Position numbers and translations under genes: made by a program. From contig JBILDU010000020.1 of assembly GCA_044352465.1 (NCBI GenBank), positions 1 to 35,570 on the forward strand: DNA of 35,570 nucleotides, given 5' to 3'. The notes beneath the pieces are model-generated. The model searched no databases, was not told the origin of the DNA, and saw only the letters and a program-made list of their open reading frames with translations. Origin of the DNA: Bdellovibrionota bacterium. Lineage in GTDB: Bacteria > Bdellovibrionota_C > UBA2361. Positions 26,689 to 34,761 of the stretch are shown piece after piece. The first letter of the stretch is position 1. Every line of letters begins with the position of its first letter.

Positions 26689-27390
26689 CTACTTTCCCAA
26701 AGATCGCGGGGTTCCGAGTCGCTCTTTAAAGGCATCGAGCCACCCCTCGAGTGTCGGGCGCAGCTCAGCAAAGATCGCGTCGGGTGCCTGCGAGGCGTCG
26801 ATAACGATGAAGGGTACCGATGAACGCTCGGCGATCTCTAAAAACCCCATGCGTATGCGATTGTGGAAGTCGATCGCCTCGTTCTCCATAGCATCGGAGT
26901 CAGGCGCCGCTCTTCCCTGTGTCCGGGCGAGTCCTGTTTGAGCATCGAGATCGAGGAGGACAACGAAGTCGGGGAGGGTGTCACCGCTCGCAATCGTGTT
27001 GAGTGAGTCGATGGTTTGGCGGTTTAATCCACGGCCGTACCCCTGAAACGCCACCGTTGAGTAGAGGTAGCGATCGGAGATCACCGCAGCGCCGCGAGCA
27101 AGGGTCGGTCGAATGAGCTTCGCGACGTGCTCCGCGCGGTCAGCTGCAAAGAGCAGGAGCTCCGCCTCTGCGGAGAGTTTGTCCTCGCGGGGAGTGAGGA
27201 CAAGGGAGCGAATTGCCTGTCCTGCCGGAGTCGCGCCCGGCTCGCGGGTAGTGACGACATCGACTCCGTGGGAGGCCAGAAACGAAGCGATCGCTTTTTG
27301 AAGTGTCGTCTTCCCTGCGCCGTTGACCCCTTCGAGCACGATGAAGCCATTCGGGTTTTTAAATGACGCGTTGTGGGGCGAAATCTTCAT
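26689..27390 (-). CDS. tmk: Thymidylate kinase
   Basis: FIVLEGVNGAGKTT, TREPG, LLFAADRAEH, SDRY, AFQGYGRG. Confidence 0.95.
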   Translation of the reverse strand: MKISPHNASFKNPNGFIVLEGVNGAGKTTLQKAIASFLASHGVDVVTTREPGATPAGQAIRSLVLTPREDKLSAEAELLLFAADRAEHVAKLIRPTLARGAAVISDRYLYSTVAFQGYGRGLNRQTIDSLNTIASGDTLPDFVVLLDLDAQTGLARTQGRAAPDSDAMENEAIDFHNRIRMGFLEIAERSSVPFIVIDASQAPDAIFAELRPTLEGWLDAFKERLGTPRSLGK

Positions 27391-27397
27391 CTGAGGC

Positions 27398-27772
27398 TCA
27401 GGAGAGGAAGATCCGTATGCCGTAGTCGAGTTGCTTCGCTGTGAACGGTTTCGTGATGTAGTAATCTGCGCCGCTTTGATAGCCTTGCAGGATCTCGCTA
27501 TCTTGATCCTTCGCGGTCACCATAATGATAGGGATATCTTTGAACTCAGGAAGCGCCTTAAGCGCTTTCATGACCTCGTAGCCGTTCATCTCAGGCATCA
27601 TAATATCGAGCAAGGCCATGTCGATCTTCTGGCCTTTGATTTTTTCGAGCGCCTCTTTGCCTGAAGCAAATCCGGTGTAGCTGAAGCCCAACGCATCGAG
27701 CATCGCGCACAGGGCGTTCCGGCTATCGTTGTCGTCTTCGACGACGAGGATCTTCTTTTTGGTTGCAGTCAT
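27398..27772 (-). CDS. Single-domain response regulator
   Basis: VVEDD, LLDIMMP, MVTA, YITKPF. Confidence 0.92.
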   Translation of the reverse strand: MTATKKKILVVEDDNDSRNALCAMLDALGFSYTGFASGKEALEKIKGQKIDMALLDIMMPEMNGYEVMKALKALPEFKDIPIIMVTAKDQDSEILQGYQSGADYYITKPFTAKQLDYGIRIFLS

Positions 27773-27802
27773 ATCGGCACCGTATCATTACGGGGCAGAA
27801 TG

Positions 27803-28840
27803 TTAAAGATTCTTGTTGGGGGCGGTCGGGTTCGCGGTGCGCGGAGCCCCTTCGGCGGCGGCTCGCGGCGCTGGTGCTGGCTTTGCCGAGCGTTGCGGGG
27901 GAGGGCGACGCAGCGATTTGGCCAGACTCAACACGGTATCCACGTAAGCATCGCTCCGATTATACTTCCAGATCACTTCGCGGTGCTTCACGTGGGGATC
28001 TGACTCGTTCCACCCACTTTGTGCGAGGAAGTTCGCCGTCGACCAGATCGCGTCCTCGGGGTCGAAAAGGGAGACGGCGCCGTCTTGGTCCCCGTCGTAT
28101 CCAAATCTCTGGAACGACGTAGGGAGAAATTGGGGGAGGCCGAAAGCGCCGGCAGAGGAGCCTTTGAGCTCGAAAGGGTCGATTTTTTGCTCAGCGACTA
28201 TCGTGAGCAGCGCCTTCACCTCTGGGTAGAAGGTTCTTTCGAGATATTCGGCGCGCGCCTCGACCTCGGAGACGGTAACCGTTGGGTCGTCTTTGAGCAG
28301 GCGGCGATGGTTGAGAATGAGATTGGTTGGCTCCCGAACTGACGCTACTCGGGAAAGCCGATTAATGACGAGTTCGCGGCCGGTGTTCTTTCCGAAATGG
28401 GTTTCGACGAGCAAGATCGCTGCGATCACGGCGCGGTTTACCTGCAGCGCCTCTTCCGCTTGAGCGAAGGTTGCAGCATGAAGTTTTAAGAAATCTCGCG
28501 CCAGACTGAGCTTGTGCGGCGATAGCAGGGGGGAATACATCGCTGTTGATTCCCGCGGTTTAAGCGCAAACGGCACCTGTCCTAGAAACGGCATGCGTGG
28601 GTCGGCGTATATAGACCGCAGGGTCTCCTCACTGACCCCATCAGCGCGGAGTTTTTGAACAAGGTAATCCCAGCCACGAAATGACGCGGGGGGGAGAGGG
28701 GTGAGTGTGACCGCTTGGTTTGTCAAAGCCGGGGATTGGAACGGGGTGAAGGCGGTTCTCTCGGGGCCCTCTCCCATGGCGTACCGTGGCGCTGTTAAAA
28801 GCGTGAAGCCGAGGAACGTGGTAAGCCAAGGTCGAAACAT
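27803..28840 (-). CDS. mltB: Lytic murein transglycosylase B family protein
   Basis: Signal peptide, ILLVETHFG, GSSAGAFGLPQFLPTS, EF-hand-like DGDQDGAVSL, STANFL, YNRSDAY. Confidence 0.88.
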   Translation of the reverse strand: MFRPWLTTFLGFTLLTAPRYAMGEGPERTAFTPFQSPALTNQAVTLTPLPPASFRGWDYLVQKLRADGVSEETLRSIYADPRMPFLGQVPFALKPRESTAMYSPLLSPHKLSLARDFLKLHAATFAQAEEALQVNRAVIAAILLVETHFGKNTGRELVINRLSRVASVREPTNLILNHRRLLKDDPTVTVSEVEARAEYLERTFYPEVKALLTIVAEQKIDPFELKGSSAGAFGLPQFLPTSFQRFGYDGDQDGAVSLFDPEDAIWSTANFLAQSGWNESDPHVKHREVIWKYNRSDAYVDTVLSLAKSLRRPPPQRSAKPAPAPRAAAEGAPRTANPTAPNKNL

Positions 28841-29339
28841 AAAAATGATGGCTATCTTAGAGCAGGTATCAAAATAAAACTCTACCGCGGACTGAAAACG
28901 GGCGAAATCTGTGGCGGGTCGGGTGTCGTGGCATGGAAAATCAGCCCCTCCGGTGCTGCCGATCCCCGCCGATATCTTCCCCCCGTAAGCTCCCCACCAC
29001 GAGCTGATTCTTTGACCGAATTTCTAAGCTAGTCTGGCTGAATGAATCGGTACCAAGAAGCAAGGGTGAAGGTGACAGGGGGAGCGCTCTTTCACAACTG
29101 AGCTTACTAGGGCGCGCCAAGCTCCTGAAATCATGTGGTTTTCGTGGTGGCGCAGCCCGAGTCCTGCGGAAAGGAATGAGGCGAAGTCGTATCGTATTGC
29201 CTCGGTATCAATTTGGGAGGGCACCGCGAGGTCGAGTGGGTCATAACCGTTCTGAGATGCGATTCTCAGTGGGGGAAGCGATGCAAGGAATTTGCACCGT
29301 TCACCTGACGAGAGTTGGAGGCTTTTACGGAGAGCGTGT

Positions 29340-29612
29340 ATGGGCCCTGAGAAGTTTAATGAGTTTAAAGCCGGTAACGTTGAGGGCCCCCTCGAGGGAC
29401 GCGAAACCTCTCAGCCTACTAAAACTCCTGTGCCCCTACCCGGTAAGGTTACGAATCCAAGCGGCCCATCCGTCTCCGACCTCTGGGGAGCTGACGCGAC
29501 GATGCCTTCGATACCGGCCGGTGGCGAGAGCGCTCCGCGAAGCCTCCGCGTTGAATCGCCGACATCGCCCGAACCCCGGCGGGTCGAGGATATCTACCGC
29601 TCTGGAAAGTAA
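29340..29612 (+). CDS. Putative 90-aa Pro/Ser-rich disordered protein
   Basis: GGAG ~7 nt upstream of ATG 29340; reads MGPEKFNEFKAGN...EDIYRSGK; fills an otherwise empty gap and is followed by hairpins. Confidence 0.45.
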   Translation: MGPEKFNEFKAGNVEGPLEGRETSQPTKTPVPLPGKVTNPSGPSVSDLWGADATMPSIPAGGESAPRSLRVESPTSPEPRRVEDIYRSGK

Positions 29613-29721
29613 TCGACTCGAAGCCGCTATCGAAATAGCTGCGGGTGCTCCGTCCACGGCAGCTTACTTCATACAGAAAGTGTTTGTGGGGGGTAGGCGA
29701 GAGGCTCGATCGCCCCCACCC

Positions 29722-30765
29722 TCATGGCCGCCCGGCATGCGAACTATTTCTTGAGACCGGCAGTTGAAGATCGGTGCACAGCCCGCTTATGACCTCGTCG
29801 GGCCCCAGAGATCTATTTTTAAGCTTTGCGTCGGCGCGGATGATCGCCTGTACCGCTTCGGCTAGCTGCTGTGTTGTATAGCGGCGTAGTCCCTGCACCT
29901 GTTTATCAAATACCCATTGGGTCATCCCCATAAGCTGCCGCACATCTCCGGGGGATCGGCCGGAGTCGAGGAGTCGCTTTATCACTAAGAAATTCGAAAA
30001 GGTCCGCCCGAGCAACGCGAGTATGAGGAACGGATTCTTCCCGTCTTCGAAAAGTTCGTGGAGAAGAACCTCGACGGTGGCTGGATTACTCCCCGCGATC
30101 GCATCGATCAGCGCAAACTCATTCGGGTCCGGAGTGGCTGAGAACAGGCTGCGCACCGCTTGGGTAGTTACCTTGCCTTCCCCGACAAAAAGACTCACCC
30201 GTTCGACGATCCCAACGATCCGATCGGGATCGCCATCGCCGACATCGGCGATCGCATCTGGGACACCGTTCTCAACTTCAGAGAACCCAACGTTTTTTAG
30301 CTCTTTCTGGATCCAGCGTTTGAGATCGATACCTTCAAGCAGTGGGAGTTCAACGAGCCGATTTGCTTTGGAGAAAAGCTTCTGAAGCGGATTCGATGAT
30401 TTCAGCTCCGCAGCTGTGACGATGATGTGTGATCCACCGGGAATCGCCGCGATAATTTTAGGGAGCTCCTTTTGGGCGGCCGCGTTTGCCCGCTCGATCT
30501 CTCGAATGACGACGTACCGTTGGGAGGAAAATAGTGAAATCGCTTGGAGGTCGTTCTTGAGCTCCTCGATCGCTCGGCTGTTCAGATCTTCGCCTCTGAG
30601 TCGTTTCACCGCGACCGGGTCAGCGGTATTTACAAACGGCTTTAAAAGCATCTCAACAAGCCGTTCGCGGCGTACGCGGTCTGGTGCCACGACGGCGATG
30701 CTGGGCGCACATTCGGGGAGCGCGGCGAGCTCTTGGGCAAGTTTGATCGGATCGGTCTGAGTCAT
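29722..30765 (-). CDS. holA: DNA polymerase III subunit delta
   Basis: ISLFSSQRYVVI, WIQKE, FALIDAI, ADAKLK; size fits. ATG at 30765 is preferred over the upstream TTG. Confidence 0.88.
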   Translation of the reverse strand: MTQTDPIKLAQELAALPECAPSIAVVAPDRVRRERLVEMLLKPFVNTADPVAVKRLRGEDLNSRAIEELKNDLQAISLFSSQRYVVIREIERANAAAQKELPKIIAAIPGGSHIIVTAAELKSSNPLQKLFSKANRLVELPLLEGIDLKRWIQKELKNVGFSEVENGVPDAIADVGDGDPDRIVGIVERVSLFVGEGKVTTQAVRSLFSATPDPNEFALIDAIAGSNPATVEVLLHELFEDGKNPFLILALLGRTFSNFLVIKRLLDSGRSPGDVRQLMGMTQWVFDKQVQGLRRYTTQQLAEAVQAIIRADAKLKNRSLGPDEVISGLCTDLQLPVSRNSSHAGRP

Positions 30766-30809
30766 CGCCAAAGAGCATACCTCGCCCCTTCCCAAATAAC
30801 GAGATTCCG

Positions 30810-30857
30810 CCTACCTCCTAGTCCCTACCTCCTAGTCTCAGAGACTAGGAGGTAGGG
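30810..30857. repeat. Tandem 14-mer plus perfect 17-bp-arm palindrome
   Basis: CCTACCTCCTAGTC occurs at 30810-30823 and 30824-30837; CCCTACCTCCTAGTCTC-A-GAGACTAGGAGGTAGGG spans 30823-30857. Confidence 0.92.
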
Positions 30858-30951
30858 GGGCGATGGGTCGCAAGGGGGTCGCTGGGTGCTTTGGGGGAGT
30901 GTTTCGTTGGGGGAGGATCGAATAGGGGGTCGGCTGGGGATCGGGAGGATG

Positions 30952-31024
30952 TGCCCAGGGGCGGAATCGAACCACCGACACGTAGATTTTCAGTCTACTG
31001 CTCTACCGACTGAGCTACCTGGGC
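30952..31024 (-). tRNA. tRNA-Phe (GAA), CCA not encoded
   Basis: Reverse complement GCCCAGGTAGCTCAGTCGGTAGAGCAGTAGACTGAAAATCTACGTGTCGGTGGTTCGATTCCGCCCCTGGGCA folds as a full cloverleaf; followed by CAT rather than CCA. Confidence 0.97.
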
Positions 31025-31176
31025 ATCTGCTTGAACCGACAGTCATTTCAATGGTTTATTGAAATGAGCCGGAGGCAGGTGATTGTGTTATCACATAAGC
31101 GTCGGTGATTACAAGGGAAGGGGCAGCGTGGTGACTCCGGGTTCTATAGTTTTCAATAGGTTGTAGAGGAGGGGCT

Positions 31177-31698
31177 ATGGCTTACCACGTCCGCCGACTC
31201 GCGGTGGGTGATGTGGAGCAGTTTCGCGCGCTTCGGTTGCGGGGGCTTCTCGAAAGCCCCGCGGCGTTCGGTGAGACCGCCGCCCACTTTGGTGGTGTTT
31301 CGATTGCGGAGCTGAGGAGTCAGTTCGAGCTCTCCGCTGGGCGGGGTGGGTTTCGGCTCGGCGCGTTTCATCCGCGCGGTGAGCTCCATGGCGTGGTTGG
31401 ACTATTTCGTGAGGAGGGCGAGAAGAGCTCCCATCGGGGGGTCGTTTGGGGGATGTACGTGGCACCCGAGGCGCGGGGTCAGGGTCTCGGTCGGGCACTT
31501 GTGGCCCAGCTTATCGAGGAGGCGAAGAGTGTGCCGGGACTTCTGCAGCTCCATCTCGCGGTTGTGACAACGAACGAACCGGCGGTAAAGCTCTATCGCT
31601 CACTCGGATTCGCCCCCTACGGAACCGATCCCGGGGCTCTTAATATCGATGGTCAGTTACTCGATGAGTATCTTCTCTGCTATCGTTTGAAGCCATGA
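31177..31698 (+). CDS. GNAT family N-acetyltransferase
   Basis: GMYVAPEARGQGLGRAL, NEPAVKLYRSLGF; GAGGAGG RBS. Confidence 0.92.
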   Translation: MAYHVRRLAVGDVEQFRALRLRGLLESPAAFGETAAHFGGVSIAELRSQFELSAGRGGFRLGAFHPRGELHGVVGLFREEGEKSSHRGVVWGMYVAPEARGQGLGRALVAQLIEEAKSVPGLLQLHLAVVTTNEPAVKLYRSLGFAPYGTDPGALNIDGQLLDEYLLCYRLKP

Positions 31699-32192
31699 CT
31701 CAACCTATTCCACCTGGTTTTCTACCGCACGCCGTCAAGCGCTCCGCTATCGTCGGAGCTTCACGCGAAAAAGTATGGGCGTGGCTCTGTGATCCCAAGA
31801 CCTTCACTCAAGGAAATCTCCCCCCGTGGCAGGTTGAGTTTTTGCCTGGATGGGAGGGCGGTCCCACCGACTTCACCCCCGGGGTCTACAACAATCATCA
31901 CGGTCCGTTCATGAATCTGCCGGCGGTAATCACCGAGGTGCGCTCGCCGGAATACCGTGCGATGGATTACCTCTATGGCAGTTCAATTATCACTCTGCGG
32001 ATGATTCGACCGACGCGGCTCCAGTTCTGGCTCGAAGAGATCGACGGCAAGACCAGGGTTACTCTTCAGCTTGATTCTCTCGTTCACCGGTGGTGGGGGT
32101 GGTTTTGGACTGTCGGCCAATCGATCTTTTGGGGGAGCTTTTTCGGCGGAATGAAGGGACTTTTTTGGTGCCGCGGGATCGCGGGCCGTTGA
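31695..32192 (+). CDS. SRPBCC/START-like family protein
   Basis: ASREKVWAWLCDP, VITEVRSPE, GKTRVTL and a C-terminal helix; ATGA overlap with the GNAT gene. Confidence 0.7.
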   Translation: MTQPIPPGFLPHAVKRSAIVGASREKVWAWLCDPKTFTQGNLPPWQVEFLPGWEGGPTDFTPGVYNNHHGPFMNLPAVITEVRSPEYRAMDYLYGSSIITLRMIRPTRLQFWLEEIDGKTRVTLQLDSLVHRWWGWFWTVGQSIFWGSFFGGMKGLFWCRGIAGR

Positions 32193-32216
32193 GCGGTTCA
32201 TAAAGCGGAGATTTTT

Positions 32217-32427
32217 GTGAGAGAAATTCTATCGACCGCTGAACGAAAGGTGCTTTCAGCGATCCAGATGGATTGGCGCCTCGATGTGCCTGAGATCGTT
32301 CGGGCAACCGGTCTTCGATCGCATGCAGTGATCTACGCGCTGAAACGGTTGCGCCGATAAGGTGATCCAATACGCTGTAGAGTCGCCTTTGACGGTACAT
32401 GACGTGATTTATGAGGCGTTGTCATAG
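32217..32427 (+). pseudogene. Truncated/frameshifted Lrp/AsnC-type winged-helix regulator
   Basis: GGAG then GTG at 32217 reads MREILSTAERKVLSAIQMDWRLDVPEIVRATGLRSHAVIYALKRLRR, stop at 32360. An adjacent frame continues DKVIQYAV until TAG 32427. Confidence 0.6.
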
Positions 32428-32597
32428 CGGCGCGATATCTTCCCTTAAATGCTCGCGATGATTATTATTATACGTGAGTTGCGAATGCGCCGGCGATAAT
32501 CCCCGCGAGGCGCCCCTTCGATTTTGCTCCATAACCACCTTGTGTTGTTAGAAAAGCCCCTCAAAGAGGGCTCGGGAGCCTGTTTTCTTTCGGCTGT

Positions 32598-33383
32598 ATG
32601 TCACCAATGAAATCATCGACCGGTGTTGCCCCTTCGTTGCCGAGTGGGTGGTCACCTGAAAGCGATCGGAACGTTTCTCGTCCAGTGAGCGACGCGGTCA
32701 TCGATCTGAGAGCGGCGTGCCTTCATCCTCTCGCCGAGCCGATGCTCAAGCCGGAAAACCAACTTCAAATTGCTCCGACGTCCCCGGATATTCGGCCTCT
32801 TCTGCAGGACCTGCGTTCCCCCACACCCATCGTGCGACTAGAGGCCGCGCGCGCTCTTAGTCTTTTCGGAAAAGCCGCTGCGGAAGCGACGCCGCTCCTT
32901 ATCGAAGAGATCAAAGATCCGCGGAACCGTCGTCTGGCGGTCTCCCACTTGCAAGCTTTAGTTCTCACCCTCGGCGAAGTTGGGCGGAGAGATGGGGAAA
33001 CGTATCAGGCCCTTGCTGGGGAGCTGGGGACCCCTATGGTTGGAGAGATCGCTCGAAACGCCCTTATCGAGATCGGTGCGGGTGCCATTCCGCACCTCCT
33101 GCCAGCTCTCGGTGGTATCCGGGCGCGTGCCCAACATAATGCAATCATGGCTTTAGGGGCTATCGGCGCGGAGGTGGTAGGCCCTCTCATCAAAGTCCTG
33201 CGTGAGGGAACCTCGATCGAACGATGTAATGCGACAACGGTGCTGGGCGGCTTTGGAGATCAAGCTGTCGAAGCTCTTCCTGCTCTTAAGACATGCGCTC
33301 GAAGTTGGTGGCGCCCCTCGGTTTTCTGGGCGGCGCGTGAAGCGCTCCGGCGGATCGAGGCCTCGGTCGTTCGCCCCGAATGA
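32598..33383 (+). CDS. HEAT/PBS-lyase-like repeat protein
   Basis: Repeated units VRLEAARALSLFG, ARNALIEIG, NAIMALGAIG, RCNATTVLGGFG, AAREALRRI. Start uncertain. Confidence 0.82.
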   Translation: MSPMKSSTGVAPSLPSGWSPESDRNVSRPVSDAVIDLRAACLHPLAEPMLKPENQLQIAPTSPDIRPLLQDLRSPTPIVRLEAARALSLFGKAAAEATPLLIEEIKDPRNRRLAVSHLQALVLTLGEVGRRDGETYQALAGELGTPMVGEIARNALIEIGAGAIPHLLPALGGIRARAQHNAIMALGAIGAEVVGPLIKVLREGTSIERCNATTVLGGFGDQAVEALPALKTCARSWWRPSVFWAAREALRRIEASVVRPE

Positions 33384-33401
33384 GCGGCAGAGATGTTTCA
33401 G

Positions 33402-33440
33402 CTTAATTACCTTCTTAAGATTTTAAGAAAGGCAGTTAAG
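33402..33440. terminator. AT-rich inverted repeat between convergent genes
   Basis: CTTAA..CC-TTCTTAA-GATT-TTAAGAA-.GG..TTAAG; lies between the HEAT gene stop and the small ORF stop. Confidence 0.4.
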
Positions 33441-33469
33441 TCCGATCCATTCCTGCCAGCTTCGGTGCT

Positions 33470-33568
33470 TTACTCCTCGTCCTCCACCGTGATGCAGCAG
33501 ATGAGGTAGGCCATGAGGGCGAAGAGAATGAAAACACCGACGTACAAGATCGGAAGAAGCACTGCCAT
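33470..33568 (-). CDS. 32-aa single-pass membrane microprotein
   Basis: GGAGG 5 nt before ATG 33568; MAVLLPILYVGVFILFALMAYLICCITVEDEE. Confidence 0.7.
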   Translation of the reverse strand: MAVLLPILYVGVFILFALMAYLICCITVEDEE

Positions 33569-33996
33569 CGTAACCTCCGCGAATTTGAATTTCAAAAAAC
33601 CTTGCGTGTGCTGAGGAACACCTCTGCGCCTCATTAGGGTACGGTTTTCATTCGGCCAAGCCAAATTCGCTTCGCCTCAAAATTTCCCAAGCGTGGTCGC
33701 GATCGGTTTATCTCTCTCACGGCGTTAAGAGTTGGCGATGCGGGTCTTCTCCCTTTGGCGGAGCGGTGGGGGGCGAGCTTTGAAAAAGTACTGCTTATCC
33801 ATTGTGGTGGCTCTCCCCGGTTCACAGGAGCGGCGCCGCTTGTAACGGTCTCACGTCCGTACCGGCCCTCTCACAACCCGTCTAGCTGTTTCAACAAAGC
33901 TTGTATAGGCTAGGACCACCCTCGCATAGAGGTGAGAGGACCGTTTTAGAGGCGGTCGAAATAAGTCTTATTTTTTTGGTTCGGTCCCTACTACCC

Positions 33997-34716
33997 ATGG
34001 AACTACTCAGCGATCCTAATATCTGGGCGACGCTTCTTCTTCTCATCGGTCTGGAGCTTGTCTTAGGGATCGACAACATCCTGCTTATCTCGATCCTTGT
34101 GGGACGGCTGCCGGCTGAGAAGCGCGAGTTCGCACGGAAGCTTGGCTTGTTTGCGGCGCTCGGATTCCGCTTATTATTTCTTTTCGGGGCGGCGTGGATC
34201 CAGAAGCTTCAGAATCCGCTCGTCTGGGGACTCACCGGGAAAGAGCTGGTGTTGATCCTTGGCGGACTTTTTCTCCTCTATAAAGCGGTCAAGGAGATGC
34301 ACTACGTGGTCGAGAGATACGGGATCGAGGAGCAGGGTGAGCTCGGAGTTGCTACGGCCACGGTCAGCGGCGTTCTCGTTCAGATCGTCCTGCTCGATAT
34401 GGTCTTCTCGATCGACTCAGTTATAACCGCAGTCGGATTGACCGAACATCTTCTCGTTATTTATGCCTCGGTTCTCGTCTCGTTTGTTGCGGTGCTGCTC
34501 TTTTCGAAGAGCATCTCCGACTTCGTCCAGGCACGGCCGTCGCTCAAGATATTGGCGCTCGCATTTCTCGTCTCTATCGGCGTCACCCTCTTTGCTGAAG
34601 GGCTCGGGGCAAAGATTCCGAAAGGGTATATCTACCTCCCGATGGGCTTTGCGCTCGGTATCGAACTCCTGCAGATGCGCTTCGATGCGAAGCGGAAGAG
34701 GCTTGCGGCAAAGTAG
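33997..34716 (+). CDS. TerC family membrane protein (YegH/YoaE N-terminal type)
   Basis: LELVLGIDN, GGLFLLYK, DMVFSIDSVITAVG, LALAFL, IPKGYIY. Likely start ATG 33997. Confidence 0.92.
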   Translation: MELLSDPNIWATLLLLIGLELVLGIDNILLISILVGRLPAEKREFARKLGLFAALGFRLLFLFGAAWIQKLQNPLVWGLTGKELVLILGGLFLLYKAVKEMHYVVERYGIEEQGELGVATATVSGVLVQIVLLDMVFSIDSVITAVGLTEHLLVIYASVLVSFVAVLLFSKSISDFVQARPSLKILALAFLVSIGVTLFAEGLGAKIPKGYIYLPMGFALGIELLQMRFDAKRKRLAAK

Positions 34717-34761
34717 CGGGCGGTCAGCACCCCGGTTCATTCCAACGACGGTAGTCCAGTC

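Noticed and set aside
29060..29090. AAGGGTGAAGG...GAGCGC resembling part of RNase P RNA
   Set aside because: No GAGGAAAGTCC, GGTAAGAG or terminal ACAGAA-CCGGC elements in the proper arrangement.
29176..29754. 192-aa plus-strand ORF
   Set aside because: Arg-rich, no motif, overlaps the holA end, and conflicts with the better supported 90-aa ORF.
30780..30952. Prophage or island integrated at tRNA-Phe
   Set aside because: No integrase or duplicated tRNA 3' end seen in the window; holA follows directly.
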